A stretch of DNA of 64,000 nucleotides from Paramoeba atlantica (Eukaryota; Protista; Discosea). A model generated the notes under the pieces. That model was given only the letters and a program-made list of their open reading frames with translations, had not been told where the DNA came from and ran no database searches. The stretch lies in contig CDRNVI010000090.1 of assembly GCA_977017575.1 (NCBI GenBank), positions 1 through 64,000 of the forward strand, in the 5' to 3' direction. Shown here one piece after another: positions 52,388 to 62,916 of this stretch. The number at the start of each line of letters is the position of its first letter. Positions within the stretch are counted from its first letter, which is position 1. A program made the translations under genes and the position numbers.

Positions 52388-53686
52388 ATGACAGAACCTA
52401 CAGTGATTCACCACACCTTTGCCCGCGATACTACCTTATCGCTCATTGTAGACCCCGGGTCTCACACTTTTCGCGCAGGCCTGAATGCCTACTACAGTCC
52501 ACGCACGCTACGGCATCCTTGCATAGAGAATTATGTCACAGAAAATTTTGACCCGTCGACGACTACAAACAGTATCGAAGCACCCTGCAACGAATCCACA
52601 TGGCATCGGAAAATGGAGCCTGATACTCTTGCCCAGTTTATTCACACCACGTCAGAAAAGCACCGCTATCTTTCACAGGAAGCCTTCACCCCCACAGAGT
52701 CCTGTAATTTTACTCCCCCACTTGTGGTGGTAGCACCTCGAGAGTATGACCGTAACCAGTGCGAAAGTCTCTTGCAATCTCTTCTCACGTGCAACAACAT
52801 TTACACTGTCGCATTGGTCTCTTCAGCCTCCGCGCAATGCTTCTCTGTTGGTCGGGCTACTGGAGTGGTCCTTGAAGGGGGAAACACAACTACCTCGTGT
52901 GTTGCAGTGCATGAGGGGTATACATTGAGAAGAACTGAATCCGATATTCCACTTGGAGGGCTGGACATCACTTTGGCACTACAACGTCTTCTGTGCCCTA
53001 GACAGCCCATCTCACCGGAAGACGGGATAGATCCCTTTTCTAGATATTCTTTGTTAATGAAGGACGCGCTTCTTACCAAGGTGAAACATCAGTGCTTGGA
53101 AGTGTTTGACAAAACACCGCTTTTTCCACTATCAAGACATTTTTTGCGAAAGAAGTCGGAATGCGTCCTACCTGACGGGTGTCGAATTCAATTGGGCCTG
53201 GAACGTTTTGGTTTAACAGAGCCTTTGTTTCAACCACTCGATCTCTCGAGCCCGGACTCGTGTACGTTCTTCGGTAAGCTGACTCACTGGCACCCCAATG
53301 CCCTTCAGGAGGAAAATCAACACTCTCTGTCGGTACCCCGCAGTGTACAAGACCTTGTTGTGCATACGCTCTCCCAAGTATCCCCACTCACGCGAGATGC
53401 TTTGGCAAGTACCGTTCTTACCTGTGGCGGTGGCCTACACTACATTAAAAACTTTTCGCATCGGCTGCAACATGAGTTGGAACCTTTGCTTTTGTCACAA
53501 AACAAGAAGCCAACAAGTCACATGAGAGCTCACCCGACTTTTCTGTCCAGTCAGCATGGCTCACACTCCGCGTGGTGCGGTGCGTCCATAGTGAGTCAGA
53601 TCAACTCCTTCGCTCCTATGTATATCAACCAGGCACAGCTGGACGAACATGGCGTCACTCGGTGCCTAGCACTAAAAATGATATGA
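52388..53686 (+). CDS. Actin-related protein (Arp4-like, divergent)
   Basis: LIVDPGSHTFRAG, FSVGRATGVVLEGG, LPDG..I.LG.ERF..TE.LF, AWCGASI. Confidence 0.85.
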   Translation: MTEPTVIHHTFARDTTLSLIVDPGSHTFRAGLNAYYSPRTLRHPCIENYVTENFDPSTTTNSIEAPCNESTWHRKMEPDTLAQFIHTTSEKHRYLSQEAFTPTESCNFTPPLVVVAPREYDRNQCESLLQSLLTCNNIYTVALVSSASAQCFSVGRATGVVLEGGNTTTSCVAVHEGYTLRRTESDIPLGGLDITLALQRLLCPRQPISPEDGIDPFSRYSLLMKDALLTKVKHQCLEVFDKTPLFPLSRHFLRKKSECVLPDGCRIQLGLERFGLTEPLFQPLDLSSPDSCTFFGKLTHWHPNALQEENQHSLSVPRSVQDLVVHTLSQVSPLTRDALASTVLTCGGGLHYIKNFSHRLQHELEPLLLSQNKKPTSHMRAHPTFLSSQHGSHSAWCGASIVSQINSFAPMYINQAQLDEHGVTRCLALKMI

Positions 53687-53874
53687 GCTGAAAAATGTGA
53701 GACATTCTTTTTTCCAGTCTTGCTTACCGCCTTGCCAATCAGTCATAAAAATTTAATAAATGTTTTTGTTTGATAGAAATAAAGAGAGTTTGAGAAACCT
53801 CACATTCTTGAGCACGGAGTAATTTCCATACGAATTTTAGAAAAAACTACCCCTTTTCAACATTTCTCATTCCC

Positions 53875-55005
53875 ATGTTTCGGAACTTTTCAAGAACGAC
53901 CTTGCGCGGGACCTCTCTTTACCTACGATCCGAAATATGGTCCATTGCCCCAGCCACCGAACGGAGTCTCCCACCCCTGTTCCTCCCCCTCACAACCCCC
54001 AAACGGGCCTGTACCACCGTCCCTGCGCTCACAAAACCCCCACCCCGCGACCTCACCGCCCCCCACAACGCCCTAACCCCCCGAGGCACCGACGCTCTCA
54101 TCCGCATCGAGCGTCTCCCCCTTATCCTGGTCGAGGAGTTCCTTCCCCGAAAACTCTTCACCGAGCTCGAGCTCCTGCTCACGGCCTGGACCGAGGAGCG
54201 CGCACAGTACCTGCGCTACCTCCGTCGTCTCACCCATTTCATCACGCTGCTTGTTTTTATTTTCTTTGTCGCTTTAGTGTATTACTCCACGGTGGCCGCG
54301 GATCGAAAGATCCGAGGCACGGCCAATGTCCCCGCACAGATGCGTGTTGGCGCCGTGACCTATTTTGATATCTCCGAGGACGGACACCCCCCCTCGAGAG
54401 TGGTGTTTGGTTTGCTAACGGAGCAGTGTCCGTTGTACACGGAGTACTTTCACAGGTTGTGTTGCGGGATCGCGGCCCCCGACGGGGGCTCGTTTCGCGG
54501 TCAAAAACTTATGGCCCTGATGAACCATAATGTGGCGGTATTCGGGCAGGGGGCGGAGATGACGCATGGGGTGCCGGATTTTAACCCGCGGCATCTCCCG
54601 CGAGAGGATGGGCAGTCGACGGGGCCGTGGAGGGGGGCACTGACCGCGCTGGCCTACTCCCCGAATAAACAGAGCCCGAATTTTTGTATTCACACGGCAG
54701 CCGGGCAGGCGGTGCCGCAGGTGTTTGGGATCGTACTCGCGGGGTTTGATGTCGTCGAACGGATGCATCGTAACCGTTCAGGGTTTGGTGCCGCCCCGCG
54801 ACGAGATTATGAGATTGTCGGGTGCGGGGAGCTGTGCACGTTGGATAAGTCCCGAGTGACGCCGCTGCCGTGGGCGCTGTACTCGGGGATCTCGAACGGG
54901 TATGACGCCGCAACGTTTGAGAAGGAGAGGGATGGCGTGGCCAGTGAACTGGACTGGCAGGCACTGTTGCAGGAGGATGCGGAAAGGATCATGAAAGAGC
55001 GGTAG
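53875..55005 (+). CDS. Cyclophilin-like domain membrane protein (probably mitochondrial)
   Basis: TM helix, then TYFDIS..G....RVVFGL....CP...EYF..LC.G, QSPNFCI, VFGIVLAGFDVVE. Confidence 0.75.
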   Translation: MFRNFSRTTLRGTSLYLRSEIWSIAPATERSLPPLFLPLTTPKRACTTVPALTKPPPRDLTAPHNALTPRGTDALIRIERLPLILVEEFLPRKLFTELELLLTAWTEERAQYLRYLRRLTHFITLLVFIFFVALVYYSTVAADRKIRGTANVPAQMRVGAVTYFDISEDGHPPSRVVFGLLTEQCPLYTEYFHRLCCGIAAPDGGSFRGQKLMALMNHNVAVFGQGAEMTHGVPDFNPRHLPREDGQSTGPWRGALTALAYSPNKQSPNFCIHTAAGQAVPQVFGIVLAGFDVVERMHRNRSGFGAAPRRDYEIVGCGELCTLDKSRVTPLPWALYSGISNGYDAATFEKERDGVASELDWQALLQEDAERIMKER

Positions 55006-55180
55006 GCGAAGCGAAAGGTGAAGAATGGGTAATTGGGAGAGATTAATCCACGAGTTTCAAACCGGTGTTCACTTTTTGAGTGTATTCGGCAGGTAATTGT
55101 TTAGACTTCGTATCTCTAAGTCCGAATTACCAGCTCTCCAAAAAAACGTTTTCTCAACCCCTTTTTTCTCTTTCTATGCT

Positions 55181-56509
55181 ATGCTGATATCTGGTCTTGT
55201 TCGCCCCTCCCTCCCGCTACGCAACCTGTACGACCCAGCGTTTATGCGCAACGTTAAAAAAGCAGAGCGGAAGTATCGGGAATCCTGCCAACGCTGCGAC
55301 AGCGTCTCCATGAGCAACGAAGCCCACCTGGACCTCACCGACCGCGGCCCGGCGTGGTACCTCGGCCACATGAACGTGGCTCGCCAGGAACTCGAGCGTC
55401 GTATGCGCCATGTCGACTTTGTCCTTGAGGTGCGCGACGCGCGTCTGCCCTTCACCACCGCAAACCCTGACATCGACACCCTGGTCCAAGCCAAACCCCG
55501 TCTCATCGTATTCAACAAAGCCGACCTCTCCAACGAGCACGTCAACCGTCTCGTTGCGCAATACTACGAAAACCGAGGCTCCCACGTGCTCTTCACCTGT
55601 GCGCAACAAGCCTGGCGTCTCACCACCCACGCCGTCATCCGTTTCGTCGCCTCCTGTGTCCCCGCGGTCCCCTTCCACACCGCCCCCCACCTCGGTCTCC
55701 TCGTCGGCATGCCCAACGTCGGCAAATCCACCCTCATCAACGCCCTCCGTCTCTCCCACGAGTACCAATTCATGCGCGGGGAATCCAAACGTCCCCGTGA
55801 CGGCCAACAGGTCCACATGGCCCCCTGCACCACGCGGCAGGTCAAAACCATCCCCGTTTCCCTCGACCCCCCGATCGCGTTGTGCGACACCCCCGGGCTG
55901 ACCCTCCCGGGGTGTTTCAGCCACCACGCGGGGAACCGGCTCGCGCTGCTCGGGGTGATCCCCTACAACGCGTGCTCGCTCCCGATCGAGGGCCTGGCCC
56001 AGACCGTGTTCACGCTACTGAAACGGTCCGGGATGCTCCACCACTTGGCCGCGTGCCTGCGTATCCCCCGCGTCCCGCTGAACTTTGCGGACTGCGTGGC
56101 GCTGGTGGGGGAGCGCAGCGGGCGGAGTGGGATGTCGCAGCTGAATATTGTGCAGCAGCAGACGGTGCATGAGATGCTGGTGAATGACTTCCGGGTGGGG
56201 AGGCTGGGGAGGTTTACGTTGGATACAGTCCCGAGGGGGGCGTTTGGGCCCCGGCTCGAGGTGGCGAGTTCGGGGAGGGAAAAGGGGGAGGGGGAGGGTG
56301 GCGCGGGGGAGACGGTGTGGAGAGATACAGAGGTGGAGACGAGGGATGTGGAGGAGGGGGGGGTTGCGGGAGGCGAGCACTCGCCGGGGGCCCGGGATAG
56401 CATGCGAGAAACGCTTAATGAGCTAAGGCACGGGAATATGAGTATTTCGAGGAAACAAGGACCCGTGGCGAATCACCGAATGTATTATAAGCTGCGAGAT
56501 CGGGGGTAG
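55181..56509 (+). CDS. MTG1: Mitochondrial ribosome-assembly GTPase (RbgA/YlqF family)
   Basis: WYLGHM, VLEVRDARLP, VFNKADL, VGMPNVGKSTLIN, DTPG (circularly permuted G4-G1-G3). Confidence 0.9.
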   Translation: MLISGLVRPSLPLRNLYDPAFMRNVKKAERKYRESCQRCDSVSMSNEAHLDLTDRGPAWYLGHMNVARQELERRMRHVDFVLEVRDARLPFTTANPDIDTLVQAKPRLIVFNKADLSNEHVNRLVAQYYENRGSHVLFTCAQQAWRLTTHAVIRFVASCVPAVPFHTAPHLGLLVGMPNVGKSTLINALRLSHEYQFMRGESKRPRDGQQVHMAPCTTRQVKTIPVSLDPPIALCDTPGLTLPGCFSHHAGNRLALLGVIPYNACSLPIEGLAQTVFTLLKRSGMLHHLAACLRIPRVPLNFADCVALVGERSGRSGMSQLNIVQQQTVHEMLVNDFRVGRLGRFTLDTVPRGAFGPRLEVASSGREKGEGEGGAGETVWRDTEVETRDVEEGGVAGGEHSPGARDSMRETLNELRHGNMSISRKQGPVANHRMYYKLRDRG

Positions 56510-56680
56510 GAGGTGGGGAGGTGGCAGGAGTTTGCCACTGCTGCTTCTTGGCAAGAAACATACAACCCCTGACACTATACTGTATGCGGTGGGGTACAGT
56601 ACTGTACTCGCAAACACTTTTGACAGTTATCCTAAAAGAACTTTTAATCGCTAATAGCCTATAAAAAAGACAGCTACATA

Positions 56681-57433
56681 CAGTGGTGTTCAGCGTCTTT
56701 TACCCCCCCCTACAGGTCTTGTATTTTGTCCGATTTTGGAAATATTTGGTACAAACCACCGTTTTTCGACCCAATCGTTCCGCATCCGAGGCCCTTTTCA
56801 CTCGAGCGACCCCCTACCCCCCTAGCCAGGTAGGGGTCAAAAAAGCTAATTACAACTTTTTTGGGCTCATTTTTTTGAATGCTTCGGATGAGGAACAGTA
56901 GTAAAGTAGGTCAGAAGACGTGTAAAAGGAGTGCAAAGTAATCTCTAGTATTTAGTCATATGCACTTTAGCCTCCTTGACCAAAAGAAAACGTTTACTAT
57001 AGTCCCGGAAGGCATTCTTAAACGTTTCCGGTTAATCTTCAGAAAAAAAGCGAAAAGTTTCAATGATGGACCCGGGGCTAAGTTTATGAAATTTTTCGAG
57101 TGTCTTATAGGACTTAAGTCGCTCTCAATCGATCGCGAGTGCCGTGCGCTTCTCGGGGCACAAGAGGCAGGAAGGTAAGCACAGGGGGCGGTGCTTCTTC
57201 TTCATGAATCACCAACAAATGTACCAATTTTTAAAAAAATGTACTCTGTGAAAAAAAAAATCGACTTTTTTGCGGTTTTTTTCCCGGTTTAGGTATGATA
57301 CAGGTGCCCACGAGTGAAAAGGACCTCGGATTCGGAACGATTGGGTCGAAAAAAGTCCCATACAAAATATTTCCAAAATCGAACAAAATGCAAGACCTGT
57401 AGGGGGGGGGGTAAAAGAGGCTGAATACTACTG
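56681..57433. mobile_element. 753-bp Tc1/mariner-type MITE
   Basis: TA|CAGTGGTGTTCAGCGTCTTTTACCCC...TACAGGTCTTG ... CAAGACCTGTAGGGG...GTAAAAGAGGCTGAATACTACTG|TA; TIR about 70 bp. Confidence 0.88.
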
Positions 57434-57525
57434 TATTATGTATACATAATTTTATTATTATTTCCTTGTAATGTTGCATATTCTAACTTATAGACTCTAA
57501 CTTTATAGATTTCCGGAAGAATGAC

Positions 57526-58032
57526 ATGAAAGGACGTTCACAGATTGATACGAACCATGTCTCGCGCCGTCCCTCCGCCTTATCGGTCCCTTTGTACGTT
57601 TTGAATTCCTATGTAAAACGACATTCTGGAGAGTCTGTGTTATTACATGTGGAAACTACCAAAGGAATACGGCACACGGGGAACGTTGTGTTCATAAACA
57701 CCTCCACTATGGACGTTACGCTACGCGAAGTAACCACTCAACGCATCAGAGGACGTGACATATCCCCGTTACCGAAGGAGGGGGTGTGGATATCTGGCTC
57801 TGAGATCCGCTACATCGTCGTGGCCCATGGAACACATACACAACATCTCGAAAAAGAATACGAAGCCGTATGTGCCGACACCGTACGCGAAGTGAAACAA
57901 CCATCTAAGTTTGGTACGAAAGGGACTGTAAATAAGGCTGGTCTTCCGTCGAAAAAAAATTCGCAGCAAAAAGGGAGAGCTAGAACAGTTGTCAAGAGAG
58001 ATGCATCCCCTACGAAGCGAAAGAAGCAGTAG
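57526..58032 (+). CDS. Sm-fold protein, SmD3-like variant with basic C-terminal tail
   Basis: VPLYVL...VET.KG..H.G (Sm1), VWISGSEIRYIVV (Sm2). Confidence 0.75.
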   Translation: MKGRSQIDTNHVSRRPSALSVPLYVLNSYVKRHSGESVLLHVETTKGIRHTGNVVFINTSTMDVTLREVTTQRIRGRDISPLPKEGVWISGSEIRYIVVAHGTHTQHLEKEYEAVCADTVREVKQPSKFGTKGTVNKAGLPSKKNSQQKGRARTVVKRDASPTKRKKQ

Positions 58033-58332
58033 CCTATTCACCGAGCAGAGCAAAGGACTCAATATGCATTCTCTATACACATATTTTGATAGCCCAGATC
58101 GCTCCGGTGTGGCGATTGCTGAGAGCACTCAAGTGTAAAGCACTTGATACGTATTGCCTTATCGATGTATTTCATTGTCCGGCATTGGACATCCATATAC
58201 GTTATTCAATTTTTGATAATACGTATATTGTTATTTGTCGAGAAACATGTGGCATGTTTGACGAGAAGCATGTGTTTTCGTATTTGAATAACATACGAAT
58301 CAATCTTACATTTTCTTTGCTTACTAGTTAGT

Positions 58333-59505
58333 ATGAACGCAGCATTTCTATTGATTTACGAGTGTGTTCTCCACGTCGGTTTCTTTTGGCTTTGCACTGT
58401 AACGTGCAGTATATTAATTCCTGCAACTGTTTTTCTACGTTGGGTATCTAGACTTCTTCTGCAGTTCGGTTACCAAAAGGATTCGAAAAAACACGTGATC
58501 TGCTTTTTCGGCGCGTCCACGTATTTTTCTGAACATGTCATTCACGAATTATTGAATGCGGGACATAATACACTTCTCATTCATCATGACGAGGAGCTGT
58601 TACGTAATCTTCGCAGGAATTCACTAGATCTTGTCGACCAAAAACCTTCGGCAGGTATACTTCATGGCGTCAACACATCCGGAAGTGAGGAAAGCTTTCA
58701 CACACGATTGCAGGATATTCTCTCTCATCTGAAAGTCAAAGAATTATCTCTTGTTTACGTCGTTCCTTTTAGGGAAGGAGAGACACGTTTTATGGACAAA
58801 GATTTTGCCAACACTTTTCAATCGTTTACTGATCAACTAGGCAGAATATGGAACATTTGCGAATCGAGATCCCTTACGCCAGGACGGTTAATGATTTTGG
58901 AAAATGAATTTTCCAAAGCTGATTTCTCCGACACGCATTCACACCGTTTGGTTCAAGTTTATCAACAATGCAATTTCGACCGATTTCGCTCATTTCGCGA
59001 TCATTGGAATGCTAACAACGAAAATGCATCGAATGCTAAAAACGAATGTGACATCGTACGAGTAGTCGTTCCATCGTACGAATGTGTGGAAAGCGCATTG
59101 CATCCAGGAAAACGAAGTGAAGAGGCGGATTCTACGAAAGACGGAACCATCTCTGCGCCCGAAACAGAACAGGAAAAAGTAGACTCAAAAGTAGAACCCA
59201 AAAACATTGCAGCGTGTGACCCCGTTGCACCAAGCGTGACTGTTAACGGACAATCCGACACCCAGTTTGCCCAGTTCGAGGCAAATACTAGCGAAATTCT
59301 AAGTATTTTAAGCGCCACGGTGCTAGGTTTTGATGAATATCATCCCGGAAGTTCTCAGTTCTCTTTATTTGAAGAAAGCATCCGGAGGTGTTGCCCGAAC
59401 TACTTTAGTTTGAAGTGGAAAATTTTCATTCCTTTGTTAGGCGTTTTTTCCCGGTTGTACGACTTTAGCGTTAAAGCATGTAACAAATTGCTCTTGCGCT
59501 CTTGA
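58333..59505 (+). CDS. Hypothetical membrane protein with degenerate SDR/Rossmann-like segment
   Basis: N-terminal TM; VICFFGASTYFSEHVIHELL.AG..TLLI resembles an SDR start but lacks GxxxGxG. Confidence 0.5.
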   Translation: MNAAFLLIYECVLHVGFFWLCTVTCSILIPATVFLRWVSRLLLQFGYQKDSKKHVICFFGASTYFSEHVIHELLNAGHNTLLIHHDEELLRNLRRNSLDLVDQKPSAGILHGVNTSGSEESFHTRLQDILSHLKVKELSLVYVVPFREGETRFMDKDFANTFQSFTDQLGRIWNICESRSLTPGRLMILENEFSKADFSDTHSHRLVQVYQQCNFDRFRSFRDHWNANNENASNAKNECDIVRVVVPSYECVESALHPGKRSEEADSTKDGTISAPETEQEKVDSKVEPKNIAACDPVAPSVTVNGQSDTQFAQFEANTSEILSILSATVLGFDEYHPGSSQFSLFEESIRRCCPNYFSLKWKIFIPLLGVFSRLYDFSVKACNKLLLRS

Positions 59506-59930
59506 GTATAGCAAATCTCCATTTTCGATGCGACTATGCACCTGAACGCATCGCAGTGCTATTGTGATGCCAACTTCACATCACATTCATTGCACTTAAT
59601 GCATCACGAATTTTGAGCTCAGTAAATAATTCGTTGTTCTGATGCTTGGACATCAGCCTCAAATACTAGTTCGAGTTCCTAAAAATATTTGCCCATTATC
59701 ACGAGATAGTTTCTTCTTTGAAAACAAAACGTTTCGTACATGGTAATCCAGTATATTGAAGAAGCGAAGCGGTTCGCCATATTAGTTAAGACTCCGTAAG
59801 GTGGATTTGGGTATTTATGTTTTATCCTGGAAAAATAAATTTCTGTACGTTTTAAGCACCTTGCAATATTTATCGCATCAACAAGTACCCCTGTATACAA
59901 TATGTATACAATATGCATACTGCATACAAT

Positions 59931-60595
59931 ATTGCGGTGGTTGTATAACTACCGCTCTACCCTCGATTATTGCAAAAAAAGTGAACAAAAACAGTGAAAA
60001 TATAAAGAGAAACACAGTAATATAATAGAAGAAAAAAATATAAAAGGGGGCTCCGGTGGTCCAAAAATGAAAAATTGAAAAAAAAGGGGGGTCTAGTGGG
60101 GGGGTCCATGGGGGGGGCATACGTCAAGAATGTTTTTTCGAATTTTTTGCTTTTCAAAATCGAGCGCAGGGAAGTGGTAGAGTAGGCCGCGGCGATATTT
60201 TCCACCCCCCACTGTGGGTACCCCCCCTGGTACGCGCAGGAGGGGTCCGACAAAATTTCCGAAAATTTTGGGGCGACCAAAAAAAAATAAATTTTGACCC
60301 AAAAAAAAGTAAAAATATTATTTTTCCAAAATCGTGTCCTAAAACGTGTTTTAAGAGTTTTGCACCTCAGCTACCATTCTACGACGTTTTTTTCGACAGA
60401 TTCGACTCCTGCCCCTATTGGTAAGGCATCCAAAACGGCACAAATTCGGTGTGAAATTTCGCAATTTTTGCAGAAAAATCGAGCTTTTTCCCCCAAAAAA
60501 GTAGATTATTCATGATGTATTGGAGATTTTTCTTTTTTAGGCTCTTCGTTAAACGCGGTGGTAGTTTTCAACGCGAAGTGCACAGCATGAGTGAC
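59931..60595 (+). mobile_element. ATTGCGG-family copy D (intact left TIR, right end missing)
   Basis: Starts ATTGCGGTGGTTGTATAACTACCGCTCTACCCTCG; aligns with copy C up to GCATGAGTGAC. Confidence 0.88.
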
Positions 60596-60946
60596 ACCAA
60601 CACTAATTCCTTGTAGCACAACAAGTTTAGTGGGACTCCGTGCTTTAAGAGTTTACCGTTGCCAAGATCCATTTCTTCGAAGAACAATGAATTTTCCGGA
60701 CGGTTTCTTTTTATTCGCTGCCAGATTCATTACTGGTATTTAACCTTGCAGAAAATTTGAGGCTCAGAGGTTCATACGTTATGGCGAGTAATCCGTTGAA
60801 CAGTTCAAGACTCTACGATTTCACCAATACACTTATTGATACAGTGGACCAATGCGATAGTATTCCGGTGGCGTAATGTGAATGTAGGTTTGCGTGTTTG
60901 AATATCAGGTGTTTATATAAAAAACAAATATTAAATATTGTACATA

Positions 60947-60995
60947 CAGGGGGGTACACGAAATTATTGGGGGGTGCACAAAAAATTGTGAGGCA
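60947..60995. mobile_element. Orphan Tc1 left terminus related to 32596-33411
   Basis: TA|CAGGGGGGTACACGAAATTATTGGGGGGTGCACAAAAAATTGTG versus TA|CAGGGGGGGTCACCAATTTCCGGGGGGGTCTAAAATTTGTG. Confidence 0.55.
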
Positions 60996-61295
60996 TGTCC
61001 AGTTTTGGAAACTCTTATTCAACAGTGATTAATATTTGCTCAAGACCAACAGCAAAAAAAATGGAAGGTTAAAGCAGCCGGTTTGGAGTCATTATTAGAA
61101 TTACCGTGATGTATCCAGTGACGAAAAATTGGTTGAAATCAAAAACTAAACACTATTCACTTCCCTACTTTTTGATAAACAGGATAAGTCACCTAGCAAG
61201 ATAAGTCAGGGAGGTGACGGTAGGTCAAATACGGTAAAACCTGTTTTTCAAAACTTGCGCCTAGCTTAGTGTATTTCTACATTTAAAGATTAATA

Positions 61296-62513
61296 ATGAA
61301 GTGTTGTCTTACCTTGCCGTTTGGTCGTTCGCTGACGCAGTGGACTATTAAAGGACTTTACTCGCATGGCCCACGCCGATCTTACTGCATAGACATTAAA
61401 GTCCCTTTCATTGCGGAGTCCATTACGGAGGGGATCATCAAGGGATGGAATCGAGGCGTCGGGGACAGCTTACGCGAGGACAATGAGGTGTGTGAAATTG
61501 AATCTGACAAGCTCGCAGTCTCCGTGAAAGCGCCCACCACAGGTGTGCTAACCGCTCTGAAAGCCAAGGAAGGCGTCACCGTTCAAGTCGGGGATGTGAT
61601 AGCCACCATGAAGAAAGGGGAAATAGCGAATGATTCCAAAAAAACATCCTCACCGGGTGCTCTATCTCAAACAGAGAAGTCGAAACCCTCGGAACCCGCA
61701 ACGAAGAGTACCCCAACAACCCCTGCAGCAGCGAAAGAAAAAGAGCCAGCACCTAAAGCTGCTGACACAAAGTCTCGAGCCCCAGAAGTAGTGTGTTCGA
61801 GCACGGATACTCGAGTACGTCGGGTGCGTACCTCCCCGATGCGCCAGCGTATTGCGGACCGCCTGAAGGCGAGCCAGAATACTGCCGCGATGCTCACCAC
61901 ATTTAATGAAATCGACATGAGTGCGCTTATACAAATGAGGGAGACCTACAAGGAGGCGTTCCAAAAGAAGCACGGGGTGAAGCTCGGGTTTATGTCCGCG
62001 TTCGCTAAGGCCTCGGCCCACGCGCTGCAGGAGGTGCCGATCATTAACGCTGCATGGGAGGATCAGCATATTGCGTATCATGACTATGTGGATATCAGCG
62101 TCGCGGTAGCTACTCCGACGGGTTTAGTGGTTCCCGTGCTGCGTGACGTGCAGGACATGTCTTTTGCGGATATTGAGAAAAAAATTGTGGAGTACGGGGA
62201 GAAGGCGAAGAACAAACAGCTCACGATGGCGGAGATGTCCGGTGGGACGTTCACCATCTCCAATGGAGGGGTGTTTGGAAGTTGGATGGGAACTCCCATC
62301 ATTAATCCCCCGCAGAGTGCAATTTTAGGGATGCATGCGACGAAGAAAAAGCCGTGGGTCGATTCCACAGGCAATCTTGTGGTGCGCCCTATTATGATTA
62401 TCGCACTGACCTATGACCATCGCATAATAGACGGGCGCGATGCAGTCGTGTTTCTTGTAAAGATCAAGAACCTGATTGAAGACCCCCATCGCCTGATATT
62501 GGACTTGGCGTAG
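61296..62513 (+). CDS. DLST: 2-oxoglutarate dehydrogenase E2 (dihydrolipoamide succinyltransferase)
   Basis: VPFIAESITEG, EIESDK, MRQRIADRLKASQNTAAMLTTFNE, TYDHRIIDGRDAV. Confidence 0.96.
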   Translation: MKCCLTLPFGRSLTQWTIKGLYSHGPRRSYCIDIKVPFIAESITEGIIKGWNRGVGDSLREDNEVCEIESDKLAVSVKAPTTGVLTALKAKEGVTVQVGDVIATMKKGEIANDSKKTSSPGALSQTEKSKPSEPATKSTPTTPAAAKEKEPAPKAADTKSRAPEVVCSSTDTRVRRVRTSPMRQRIADRLKASQNTAAMLTTFNEIDMSALIQMRETYKEAFQKKHGVKLGFMSAFAKASAHALQEVPIINAAWEDQHIAYHDYVDISVAVATPTGLVVPVLRDVQDMSFADIEKKIVEYGEKAKNKQLTMAEMSGGTFTISNGGVFGSWMGTPIINPPQSAILGMHATKKKPWVDSTGNLVVRPIMIIALTYDHRIIDGRDAVVFLVKIKNLIEDPHRLILDLA

Positions 62514-62916
62514 AACGCGCAGTTCTTTTACCAGTGCAAAATCTGTTAACAAAGGTTTCTGATGAACGAAATGTTATATTATTTCTGAAATCGGTTTCTG
62601 GGCCTCGTAGTTGCGTTTTTTATTTACAGGTGAAATTAAAACTTGTACCCCTAAAAGAAAAGTCACACAAGCAAAATACGCTATTTGTGTAACGATAATT
62701 AAGTAAACTAGAAACTTTGAACTTGATAGCATGCGTTTGAAAGGTAAGATTTACATCAACTTGCTACGACTGTATGTAAAATTTTGTTCCTCGTTCATTT
62801 GCGATTTTAGGGAAGGATACAATGCTTGAAAATTATGGAAAAACAACCGTGTAGAGCTTTTTATCGTGTACGTAAATTTTGCTTCTATCCACACTAGTAT
62901 ACTACTCTTGCTAAAC

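Noticed and set aside
12705-56426. Many antisense or alternate-frame ORFs of 80-250 aa in SLBP, 42973, 44485, PYK, 53875 and MTG1
   Set aside because: They overlap well-supported genes, occur only in GC-rich skewed segments and carry no motifs.
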